Shown: piece after piece, positions 16,756 to 25,468 of the stretch | Position numbering within the stretch: the stretch's first letter is position 1 | How the letters are laid out: each line of letters starts with the position of its first letter | Source: Acidimicrobiales bacterium | GTDB lineage: Bacteria; Actinomycetota; Acidimicrobiia; Acidimicrobiales; RAAP-2 | Length of the DNA: 41,926 nt | NCBI GenBank assembly: GCA_017883105.1 | Contig: JADGOF010000001.1 | Span: forward strand, 1-41,926 | Reading direction: 5' to 3' | Notes under the pieces: model-generated | Seen by the model: the letters and a program-made list of their open reading frames with translations, nothing else | What the model was told of the DNA's origin: nothing | The model's database searches: none | Made by a program: the position numbers and the translations under genes

Positions 16756-19437
16756 TCAGCGTCGTCTTGAGTACGCCGAACTAGGCGACGTCGGCCGCTT
16801 CGGCAGGTCGCGTTTGTTCTTGCATGCCGGAAAGGCGGAGCAGCCGAGGAACGGACCGAACTTGCTGGTTCGTTCGACCATCGTCCCTTGACCACACCGT
16901 GAGCAGACCTCGACGGGGGTATCGCTGTCCCCTGTCACGGTCACGGTCACGTGAGGCTCGTCGAGGAGTTCGATTACGAACGGCGACATCCGCAGCGGCG
17001 GGGTGATGAGCGTGACCCCACGGCGCGCCCGGGTTAACGCCACGTAGAGGAGACGGCGTTCCTCAGCGTGAGCAAAGGATTCCGGTGCCGGCATGACCAA
17101 GTCGAGCACGGGGTCGTCGGCGATGTTGCTCGGGAATCCGTACGTGCCGGTCGTCATGCCGGGGATCACGATGAAGTCGGCCTCCAGCCCCTTGGACCCG
17201 TGCACGGTCCGGAACGTGACGCGCAAGTTTGACGGCAATTGCTTAGGGAGGAGGTCGCGATCGTGCCTGTAGCGCCCGAGAACGTCGACGCTGACCATTC
17301 CGGAGCGGTCGCTTGGGATGCTGCCGTCGGCAATGGCAGCGGACAGATCGCGGAGGTAGGAGGCGAGTGTGCCGGCGACGTCGTCGGCTCGTATGACCAT
17401 GATGGGCGCACCCGGATCGTGATGCGCAGACCGCATCGGCTTCTTGAACTGATTCGGGTTCTTGGACACGAAGTTGCGGGCGACGTCGCAGATCGGCTGC
17501 GTGCAACGGAAGGTGGTCGTCAACGCCAGCTGGCTTCCCCGGCCGAACCAGGCTTCGAAGTTCGTCATCACCGATAGGTCGGCCCCTGCGAACCGGTTGA
17601 TCGACTGCCAGTCGTCGCCTACCGAAAGTAGGAACCGACCCGGCGTCTTCACCAAACCGCGGACGATTCGGGCGCGGGCCTGGCTGACGTCCTGGAACTC
17701 GTCGACCATGATCAGGTCGTAGGGCCAGTCGGCGTTCCCTGTTTCGAGGTGGTCGGCCGCCTGGAGCAGCATGTCCTCGAAGTCAACGGCCTGGTCGGCA
17801 GCCAGTCTGCGTTCCCACTCGGTGTGGATCTGCCAATACACCTCGAGGAACAGCCGGGTCCTGAAGCCATCGAGATGGGCCGCGTCAGAGGCGAGCCGGT
17901 GTCCGAGATCTTCCTCTGTCCACGAGTTCGACTTGACGTTGGTCATGAACGTCCTGGCGAACCGCGCCAGGTCCTCGTGCTTCATGGGCCGCGCCCACTC
18001 GTCGCCGAGAGGACGGTCTGGGTTCCAGTCGAAGCTCAGCCCGAGCCGAGTGAGCTCGTCCTTGAGCTTCGTGAGGCCGTCACCGAACATGACGTCGGCC
18101 CATGTGGACTCGACGAGCATCGTCCCGTGCTGGGCGTGTAGGCGGCGCTTCCATGCCATGCCCTCTGAGTAGCCGTCGAACGCAGCGGGAGGCTTGCCGG
18201 CACGGTCAAGCGCCCAGTGCTCGTGCCAGACGCCGATGTCCGAGTAGTAGAAGTCCGGGTGGTACTGCGAGTGAGTGGCGTCCGCGACATTGACGTCGTA
18301 TGGCCGCTCGTACTCGTAGTTGACCCCGTTGAGGTACAGGAAGTTGGCGATCAGCCGTTCGCTGTGGCTCTTGACGACCTCGCCGGCGAACGTCCGGTAG
18401 CCGGTCTCGCTGGTCGCTTTGTCGTAGCCGTCCGGTTCGTTCTCAGTGAGGTCTATCGGGGCGTTCGCAAACAGCATCCGGTAGAGATCCCAGCGGTACC
18501 GGAAGGACAGGGAAGAATCCCGCAGCTCGTCGACGATGCGCATGACCATCCGGACGTCGCCCCCCTGATCAAGCCACTGCGCCAGACGGGGCTTTTCGCC
18601 GGTGGCTCGGCCGATGACGTCGAGTCCGAACGAGTGGAACGTGGAGGCCTGCAGCCCGGACGAGTCGATCCTGGCGGCGGCAAACCGCTCAGAAACACGT
18701 TCCTGCAGCTCGGTCGCGGCAGCCTTGTTGAACGCCAGCAGCAGGATGCGGTCAGGGGCAGTGAACCCGCGGGTGACGGCGTAGGCGGCCCGGGCGACCA
18801 TCACGGAGGTCTTTCCGGACCCGGCGGCGGCGAGCACCTGGACCCGGTTGTCGAAGCACACAACCGCTCGTGCTTGCTCGTCAGTGAGCGGGCTCTTCTC
18901 GATCGTGTCGAAGAATGCCCGTCGGGACGAGAGCTCGGCGACCATAATGTGTTCGTTGGTCTCTGCGACCAGGGTCTTCAGGTCGGTGTCCAGGAAGCCC
19001 ACCGCCTCGAGCTGACCCTCGGTGAGGAGCGGCTCACACCCAGCAGTACGGACACGGTCGAGAAGTCGCGGTTCGGGACGGGTCGCGAGCAATGCGTCAA
19101 CAGCTTCGGCAGGGATCCACCGTTGCCCGGTGCACGCCACGGCGAGGTGGTGAGTGACGGCGGCGTGCCATGCGGTCGCATCAGTGATCGCCGGTGTCAG
19201 AGCAAGTCGCTGGAGCGCCCGTGTCAGGGCAGAGGCCTCGGATCGCGTCATGCCACGAAGGTGGGTTCGTGACTGGCCGTCGTGGTGGAGGCTCCAGTGC
19301 AGCCACCGGCGGCGCACCTCGAGCCGGGAGGCTTCCGTGCTGGGGATGCCGATGGAGCCCGACGCCTGAGCGATGGTGATCTCCGTCTCGGTGACGGTGA
19401 TCTTCCAGCCCTTGCCCGACCACTTGTCCGCGCTCAC
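16756..19437 (-). CDS. helD: Helicase IV (HelD)-like UvrD-family helicase with an inserted PD-(D/E)xK-like module and a C-terminal topoisomerase-type Zn ribbon
   Basis: 893 aa. FFDTIEKSPLTDEQARAVV..VLAAAGSGKTSVMVARAAY.., ..LIMVDEFQDVSQARARIV.., ..SVGDDWQSINRFAGAD.., ..VHGSKGLEADFIVIPG.. and ..AEERRLLYVALTRARRGV.. are colinear with E. coli helicase IV as I recall it. Insert: SERLIANFLYLNGVNYEYERPY..YHPDFYY..GVWHEHW. C-terminus: CSRCGQGTMVERTSKFGPFLGCSAFPACKNK. Confidence 0.88.
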   Translation of the reverse strand: MSADKWSGKGWKITVTETEITIAQASGSIGIPSTEASRLEVRRRWLHWSLHHDGQSRTHLRGMTRSEASALTRALQRLALTPAITDATAWHAAVTHHLAVACTGQRWIPAEAVDALLATRPEPRLLDRVRTAGCEPLLTEGQLEAVGFLDTDLKTLVAETNEHIMVAELSSRRAFFDTIEKSPLTDEQARAVVCFDNRVQVLAAAGSGKTSVMVARAAYAVTRGFTAPDRILLLAFNKAAATELQERVSERFAAARIDSSGLQASTFHSFGLDVIGRATGEKPRLAQWLDQGGDVRMVMRIVDELRDSSLSFRYRWDLYRMLFANAPIDLTENEPDGYDKATSETGYRTFAGEVVKSHSERLIANFLYLNGVNYEYERPYDVNVADATHSQYHPDFYYSDIGVWHEHWALDRAGKPPAAFDGYSEGMAWKRRLHAQHGTMLVESTWADVMFGDGLTKLKDELTRLGLSFDWNPDRPLGDEWARPMKHEDLARFARTFMTNVKSNSWTEEDLGHRLASDAAHLDGFRTRLFLEVYWQIHTEWERRLAADQAVDFEDMLLQAADHLETGNADWPYDLIMVDEFQDVSQARARIVRGLVKTPGRFLLSVGDDWQSINRFAGADLSVMTNFEAWFGRGSQLALTTTFRCTQPICDVARNFVSKNPNQFKKPMRSAHHDPGAPIMVIRADDVAGTLASYLRDLSAAIADGSIPSDRSGMVSVDVLGRYRHDRDLLPKQLPSNLRVTFRTVHGSKGLEADFIVIPGMTTGTYGFPSNIADDPVLDLVMPAPESFAHAEERRLLYVALTRARRGVTLITPPLRMSPFVIELLDEPHVTVTVTGDSDTPVEVCSRCGQGTMVERTSKFGPFLGCSAFPACKNKRDLPKRPTSPSSAYSRRR

Positions 19438-19620
19438 CGGGTGTCTCGCATGCCGTCGCCCCTCGCGAGCTTGCTTGCTCGCCGGGTGGCGTCGATCGTC
19501 ACTCTCAACACGGTCGTGATATCGGCAACTCCGCCTGTTAGCTGAACACGACCGGCTTCGTCGGCCCCGGGCGGTGGCACGTCGGGAACTGCCATTCGAC
19601 TCGCCCCCTTCCGTCTGGAT

Positions 19621-20328
19621 TCAGCTGGGCGCGCATTGTGAGGGTGCCCGAACTCTCACGTCGATTCGTCGCGCGGTGTCTGGATCCGCATCGAGGTAGG
19701 CCAGAATTCGATATGACCCGGGTCCCGGCGCGTCAACTCTGACATGGAACATGTGTTCAACCCCGGGTCCGAAAGTGTCGTAGCCGACAGTGCAAGCCAT
19801 AAAATCGGGATCACCCTTGGCTCGATCCTCCGCTGTGGTCTCAACTGGCAGAACTGCCAGATAGTGCTGCCTCCGTGGGTCATCGATCACGGTGAGGTCA
19901 CAGTCGACAGGTGCATAGATGTTGAGGAGTGCGTCATCGAGTGGAGTGACCCCGTTGTTCACTGCAGTGACCCGCACGATGAACGTCTTTTCCTCCAGTT
20001 CAACGGATGGGATACCGTTCCGGTTCAGATCCACACGACGCGGCACCGATCCTGGGCTGTCGGCGATCTCGAATCCGAGCGCCATCTTGGGCGATCGGAT
20101 CTGTGATGTCGCCCAAGCCCAAAACGATGGCAGTGCAATGACAACCGCTGTCAATGCGGCGGAGACGGCGATGAGGCCAAACGCCGCCGAGAATCCTTCG
20201 TAGGCCCGGGGTGCGCGCTTCCCGAGGACAGAGGCAGCTTCCAGATCCACGGCAAGGACGATTGTGATGATGGCCACGACCATGAGGCCAATCAGCACGA
20301 TGGCGGCTCGTTTGCCACTCCCTCTCAT
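19621..20328 (-). CDS. Membrane protein with two N-terminal TM helices and a beta-rich C-terminal domain (235 aa)
   Basis: AAIVLIGLMVVAIITIVLAV and FGLIAVSAALTAVVIALPSFWAWA are hydrophobic helices. The remainder is unrecognised. Lies between the putative REase and helD on the same strand. Confidence 0.6.
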   Translation of the reverse strand: MRGSGKRAAIVLIGLMVVAIITIVLAVDLEAASVLGKRAPRAYEGFSAAFGLIAVSAALTAVVIALPSFWAWATSQIRSPKMALGFEIADSPGSVPRRVDLNRNGIPSVELEEKTFIVRVTAVNNGVTPLDDALLNIYAPVDCDLTVIDDPRRQHYLAVLPVETTAEDRAKGDPDFMACTVGYDTFGPGVEHMFHVRVDAPGPGSYRILAYLDADPDTARRIDVRVRAPSQCAPS

Positions 20329-20446
20329 TGCCGTCGGTTTCCGCGCATTGTCATTGCCATAGTCCTACGAGTGACACCACGCGACCGGTTGTGATGCCAA
20401 GCCGCGCGCTCGAGCCGAGGAAGCAGCTGAGCAACCGTCGAAGGGT

Positions 20447-21448
20447 TCAGATCGGTATGTATCCGCAAGCGTCCTCATGTGCTGTGTCCAGGTAGACCTT
20501 GGATTCCGGTGCCGCCCGGAATCGTCCATGGCTCCAACGGATCTCCACGTGGCCCTCGGTTTCGTGCGTGAACCCGGTCTCGCGACTGATGAACGATGCC
20601 TTCCACTGGACTTGCGGCTGCCCGGCCTCCCCAGGCGAGATGTCCAGCCCATCGAAGCTGAATATCCTGCGAAGGTCCCAAGGGGTGAGCACGCGTAGAC
20701 GGGTGGGGCCAGAGGGTTGGCGGCCAAGAATGAAGTAAGGCGCGCTATGGATCCGCAGGAGTCTCCAATAGAAGCGCTCTCGGTCCCTCGTGGTGGCCAG
20801 CGTCTGAATCAAGAGAGTGGCACTCCTGATGCTCACTGCGCTCACCAGCGCTGCCACCTCTGGGGCTAGAGCATCTGGCCACTTGCGAGGCAACCGGGTC
20901 TTGAGGACGATCCGCTGCTCACGGGTCAGTTCAGAAGGCGTCGTGGGGAAACCGGTCAGAGCGAGATGACGGACAGCGGCCTTGTAGAGGTTGGCGAGTT
21001 CGACTGGAGCGATCTCCTCGTACCAGTCGCTGCCGCCGAAGTCCGGATTGCGCAGTGCTGAACGAAAGAGGGCTGCAGGTGACGGATTAAGGAGAACCTT
21101 GGAGAGGTTCTTGCAGCTGACGATGAAGACGCCGTCGATCCGGAGATCTGCTGGAAGCGGATCGTCCTCGGGGGGGAGATGAGGTCCCTTCCATTCGATT
21201 GACAGGGGTGCCCGACGCCTCAGCCCGAGTTCGGACTCGAAGAAATAGCGGCCGTCGGCGAGTGCATCGGCAAACGGCTGGGCATAGGTGCCCGTCGACC
21301 ACAACCCCCGGAGGGTCTCCCACGTTCCAGTATCCACTCCGACGAGTACATGGGGAACGCCGGCGTCGAAGGCATCCTGCAAGTCCAGACCCGGGATCAT
21401 GCCGAGTCCGGTTCCGATCTCCGTGATGAGCGTCAGTTCACGACTCAT
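20447..21448 (-). CDS. Putative type II restriction endonuclease partner of the adjacent methyltransferase (family not recognised)
   Basis: 333 aa. The ATG at 21448 overlaps the methylase stop (ATGA 21445-21448). Possible PD..(D/E/S)xK-like element ..PADLRIDGVFIVSCKN... The call rests mainly on genomic context. Confidence 0.45.
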   Translation of the reverse strand: MSRELTLITEIGTGLGMIPGLDLQDAFDAGVPHVLVGVDTGTWETLRGLWSTGTYAQPFADALADGRYFFESELGLRRRAPLSIEWKGPHLPPEDDPLPADLRIDGVFIVSCKNLSKVLLNPSPAALFRSALRNPDFGGSDWYEEIAPVELANLYKAAVRHLALTGFPTTPSELTREQRIVLKTRLPRKWPDALAPEVAALVSAVSIRSATLLIQTLATTRDRERFYWRLLRIHSAPYFILGRQPSGPTRLRVLTPWDLRRIFSFDGLDISPGEAGQPQVQWKASFISRETGFTHETEGHVEIRWSHGRFRAAPESKVYLDTAHEDACGYIPI

Positions 21449-22665
21449 GGGTCGACCTGAGGCTTTGCTCTCTCGGCCTTGATCCGTGCCCGAGCAAGAG
21501 CCACGTATTTTCGGTCGGTGTCGTAGCCGACGTAGTGCCGACCTGTCTGAACCGCGGCGACCCCGGTCGTACCGGCCCCGACGAAAGGATCGAGGACGAG
21601 GTCATCCTTGTAGGTGTAGAGCTCGATCAGCCGACGGGGCAGGTCCACCGGGAAGGGCGCCGGATGTCCGACCCGTGTGGCCGACTCGGGTCGGATCTTC
21701 CACGTATCAAGGGTCGCATCGAGGAACTCGTCCTTGCTGATCGTGTTCTCGTGGGGCATCCCGAGCTTCGCTCGCTTCTTCCGGTCGATCGCCCGGTCCA
21801 GTCGGAGCTTGCTCGCGACCACCACCCGCTCGGTGACATCACGCAACACGGGATTGGCGGCCGAAAGGTACGAGCCCCAGGCGCATGATCCTGACGCCCC
21901 CTCGGCCTTGACCCAGAGGATCTCCCCTCGCATCAGGAATCCAAGATCATCCTGGAGGATTCTCGTCACGTCGGCACTCAGGGAGCGATAGGGCTTGCGT
22001 CCCAGATTGGCTACGTTCACGGCGATACGCCCGCCAGGCTCTAGCACCCGCCAGCATTCCGCAAACACGTCGCTGAGCATGATCAAGTAGTCGATGTAGC
22101 TCGACGGAACCCCGCCTTTGCCCAGCTCGGTCTCGTATTCTTTGCCTGCATAGTACGGCGGTGATGTCACCACTAGGGCCACTGAGTTGTCATTGACTAC
22201 CCTCATGTGGCGAGAGTCGCCGGTGACGAGCTTGTCGACGGTCACGGGTGCAGCAGGAACTCCTGTCGAGTCCTGTTGCAGCGGGGTGAATCGACTGTAG
22301 AAGTCGGACGAGTCGTGGCCTTCCCGGTTCGAGACACCGAAGGTCGAAGTCTTTGTGGGCGCCCCACGCCGGCGAGCAGGTCCCGTCGGGTTCGCCGGGG
22401 TTGTCTCCTTCTCTTGGGTCAAGTCGAATCCTTTGTTGGTCAAGGGAGAACTTAGCCGTCTGTGGTCCCATACGATCTTGGAGGGAGACTTTTCCGAGGG
22501 CGCTCCTGGAGCCCTGAGCGCTCGGTTCCCACGGGGCGAGGCCGGCACCCCGAAGGAGCGTGCGTCGGCTTCGACGGTCAATCTACGTTCGGGCTGTATC
22601 ACTTCGCCCTGAGGCCCAGGAAGCCCGACCGAATGGACCGGCGAGGAAGGGACACTCCTTGTCAT
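21445..22665 (-). CDS. Beta-class DNA methyltransferase (N4-cytosine/N6-adenine; SPPY motif suggests N4C)
   Basis: Motif IV ..ALVVTSPPYYAGKEYE.. precedes motif I ..LVLDPFVGAGTTGVAAVQTGRHYVGYD.. (beta-class permutation). The ORF is open to 23079, but the first ~138 codons look non-coding. ATG 22665 is taken as the earliest plausible start and the true start may lie further downstream. Confidence 0.85.
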   Translation of the reverse strand: MTRSVPSSPVHSVGLPGPQGEVIQPERRLTVEADARSFGVPASPRGNRALRAPGAPSEKSPSKIVWDHRRLSSPLTNKGFDLTQEKETTPANPTGPARRRGAPTKTSTFGVSNREGHDSSDFYSRFTPLQQDSTGVPAAPVTVDKLVTGDSRHMRVVNDNSVALVVTSPPYYAGKEYETELGKGGVPSSYIDYLIMLSDVFAECWRVLEPGGRIAVNVANLGRKPYRSLSADVTRILQDDLGFLMRGEILWVKAEGASGSCAWGSYLSAANPVLRDVTERVVVASKLRLDRAIDRKKRAKLGMPHENTISKDEFLDATLDTWKIRPESATRVGHPAPFPVDLPRRLIELYTYKDDLVLDPFVGAGTTGVAAVQTGRHYVGYDTDRKYVALARARIKAERAKPQVDP

Positions 22666-22794
22666 CGGACACCTCTTGACCCGTGGATCATTGACGGTGC
22701 GAACATGCAAGCGAGGTCCTGCGCCTTCCTCCGACCAGCGAGACCGTGCGGCAAGGGTCCCGTTGTTGGTCTGGTTGAACCGGCCTGGGATCCC

Positions 22795-22824
22795 CGGAGG
22801 CTCTGGCGGATCCCAGAGGCTCCG
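22795..22824. repeat. Imperfect 12-bp inverted repeat (also a direct repeat of GGATCCC(C/A)G(G)AGGCTC) in the long region between the methylase gene and the divergent operon
   Basis: CGGAGGCTCTGG-CGGATC-CCAGAGGCTCCG has one mismatch in the stem. Confidence 0.4.
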
Positions 22825-23278
22825 CACGTTCCCTCGTTCGCTAGTCAGACCGCCCCGGCCGGTCCGGACGTACGCAACAGTTCGGCGCCGGCCTCCCGCA
22901 CGCAGCCACGCATAATGACGCCCTGCACAGCCACCCTGCCGGGTCAGACCGAGAGCGGAACCGGCGTTATCTGGAGCCCTCTCCAAGAATGAGGGCTCAG
23001 CTGAAGGTTCGTGTGGTGGTCGTGTCACTGACGTGCATCCGTGTCCAAGGCAAACGCACAACTGTGACCCCTTAGGCATCCAGCGTCGATACCTGAATCG
23101 ATCCTGAAGTTCACGAACGCGGCCGCCAATACGGCCACGGTCGTCTGCGTTGCTCCAAAACGCAGGTTCCCCACACTAATTACCACGAGGCAGCCAGCGG
23201 CCATATCCAGCCTTCTTGTTACACCCCGCCACTACGATCGGTGACTACTTCGCTTGACGAACAGCAGGGAGCCTTGAG

Positions 23279-24193
23279 ATGCCGACCGTCCAACGTGGCC
23301 TCTACGCGTATTCCATCCATGGACGCGGGCGGTCGGGTGAGGTTATCGACTACACCGCGTTCGTCCAGTCTCTGGCGGCTGCCACTTCCGTCTTGCGGCG
23401 GGCAATCATCAACCAGGACGAGGTTGTCTTGCTTCGCGACATTCGGCAGTACGGACGAGTTTGGGAACTCCGATTCCTGTCCGGCAGCGATCGAGAGTCG
23501 CTGACACTGTTCGATGTCGGTAACGACCGTGAGCGGGACGACCCACGATCAGAAGGGGAGATAGTCGTTCGGCCGACATTTCTGTATCTCAATCCGGAAA
23601 CCCGTTTTGTCGCCCTAGAGCGTCGTCGCCCTGGACTCAGCGCAACCGAGATCGGCAAGGCGCTCGGGATCATTGGCACCGCTGTCGGCTTTGCTGACGA
23701 CCTTGTGATTGACCTGAACCCTGTGACCGCCGAATCCTTCAATGAAGAGTTGGCGCACTTCGAGCGGATTCGGCAAGCGTCCGTGACGGTGGCACGTCCG
23801 AACCTCGACTGGACGGAGAACGCCAACACCCTGACGGCCTACGCTGCAGAGTCGGATGGCCAGTCCGCCGAGCTGGAGATTTCGGCGCCCCGGGGCGGCT
23901 CACTGGCGAAGGAGCGGGGCATCGTGAAAGACATCAAGGAGCTCGTGCTCCATGCCATCGGACCCCTAAAGAAGGTCAAGATCGTCGGCCGCCACGCTGA
24001 CGAGAAGCGCGAGCGCACGCTCACGCTGGCTAACCATCAGGAGCGCCAGTTTGTGCCCGTCGAACGGAGCGGCACCGCCGATGATGAACGTGCCCAGGTC
24101 GCCCAGGGGGCAGAAAGCCTCCTCGACCGACTTGAACTTGCCGCCGCTTCGGCCGACCCACCAGAACCCATCAACTCCGAGCCAAATGAGTAA
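23279..24193 (+). CDS. Hypothetical soluble protein (304 aa), first gene of a two-gene operon
   Basis: GGGAG 8 nt upstream of the ATG at 23279. No NTPase, nuclease or HTH motif recognised. Charged C-terminal third. The stop TAA 24191-24193 overlaps the next gene (ATGAGTAA). Confidence 0.7.
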   Translation: MPTVQRGLYAYSIHGRGRSGEVIDYTAFVQSLAAATSVLRRAIINQDEVVLLRDIRQYGRVWELRFLSGSDRESLTLFDVGNDRERDDPRSEGEIVVRPTFLYLNPETRFVALERRRPGLSATEIGKALGIIGTAVGFADDLVIDLNPVTAESFNEELAHFERIRQASVTVARPNLDWTENANTLTAYAAESDGQSAELEISAPRGGSLAKERGIVKDIKELVLHAIGPLKKVKIVGRHADEKRERTLTLANHQERQFVPVERSGTADDERAQVAQGAESLLDRLELAAASADPPEPINSEPNE

Positions 24194-24764
24194 CGAGACC
24201 GAACCAACGGATAATCAAAACAACTTTTGGTCATGCCAAGTGTGGCAACGGCGCGGGAAGCTCTTCACCTGGCGACGTGGCATCTTGGCTGCGGTAGTCG
24301 GACTGGCAGCGGCATTCCTGATCCCGCGGACCGGCAACGAACAAGCCCTGGTATCGGATCTGGCGGCAACCGCATTGACCTTCGCTTCGATCTCCTTCGG
24401 GGCATGTCTCACCGGAGCCGTCTTGGCACTCACGGTGCCATCGAAGGACCAGCGAGAATACTGGTCGCAGTCTGGTCTTAGCGATAGCCCGTTCTCGCAC
24501 TTCAGCGATTTGATGTTCGTCTTCACCTGGTCATCCATGAGTCAGCTTGCCGTTGTCGGCGCCGGCCTGGGTCTATATATCTCCGAGGCTCCTCCGGCTC
24601 CAATTGCCGGGCAACACGTGTATCTTGCGCTGCGCATCTTCCTCGGGATCCTCGGAGCTGTCAGCGTCAACGCTTTCCTTCAGCTCACCGCCGTCGTCAA
24701 GACCATCTCCCAAATGGCGGTCGTCGGCTCGAAGCCAGGTTCAGGCGTTGACAACGGTGGTTGA
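24186..24764 (+). CDS. Four-TM membrane protein (192 aa), second gene of the two-gene operon
   Basis: The ATG at 24186 overlaps the upstream stop by 8 nt. Hydrophobic helices GILAAVVGLAAAFLIP, ATALTFASISFGACLTGAVLALTV, LMFVFTWSSMSQLAVVGAGLGLYI and VYLALRIFLGILGAVSVNAFLQLTAVV. Confidence 0.7.
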   Translation: MSNETEPTDNQNNFWSCQVWQRRGKLFTWRRGILAAVVGLAAAFLIPRTGNEQALVSDLAATALTFASISFGACLTGAVLALTVPSKDQREYWSQSGLSDSPFSHFSDLMFVFTWSSMSQLAVVGAGLGLYISEAPPAPIAGQHVYLALRIFLGILGAVSVNAFLQLTAVVKTISQMAVVGSKPGSGVDNGG

Positions 24765-25468
24765 GCTTGGCTGTCGCCCGGCCTGCGAGCGAGGATGCGC
24801 AGACCGTCGCCATCTGATTCGTGCCGTGCGCCGCCAGGGTGGTCGACTTAACCATCGGAGAACGCGATGGCAGTTCCATCTTCGTCAGAAGATACCGTCC
24901 GGGCCTCGCAGGCAGAGGGCAAGCTGAGTCGTCCGGCCTGTCGCCGTCGAGCGGCGATCATCATGCCGAATCGCCGCCGCAAACAAGTCGGCAGACGATC
25001 GCCCACAATGACACTCGAGAGCGTCTCAATCGAGTACGGATATTCCGATTGGCTTTCGGCAATGTAGCTACCGCGGCCACGGATTCGCCGCCCATCTGGC
25101 ATGCATCGACGGTCTCGGTGGCGAACAGCGGACAGCCTCGCAGCGTTGAGTCCACCACAGTTGCGTACGAGGGAGTACCCGACCTGAGGGTCGCCCGAAG
25201 TCACCACAACATCCACCGCAGCTATTCGGGCGAGCGAACTGCAGATCAGCTATGGGCCCGCCGCGATTTTGATCGATCGGTTGCGAGGGTGCTGACCAGC
25301 GCGGATGCCCAAGGAATCGTGCAACTTGTTCAGCGGCGAGCCCTATGTCTTGATTGCGGACAAGAGGCGCGACTACGCGAGATGGACACGCGTGGCATGT
25401 AGTCCGTTGGATCCGGCTCGTGTGGGCCAGCACTTCATTTGCTGTGCGACCAACCGTCTGGATCCGGG

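Noticed and set aside
22666-23079. N-terminal ~138 codons of the methylase ORF
   Set aside because: Arg/Gly/Pro/Cys-rich with no similarity to methylase N-termini I know. Treated as leader/intergenic rather than coding, though this is not proven.
24815-24920. Possible seventh, very degenerate copy of the intergenic repeat (..CGTGCCGTGCGCCGCCAGGGTGGTCG..)
   Set aside because: Only the first ~12 nt resemble the core and the downstream blocks are absent. Too weak to call without a profile search.
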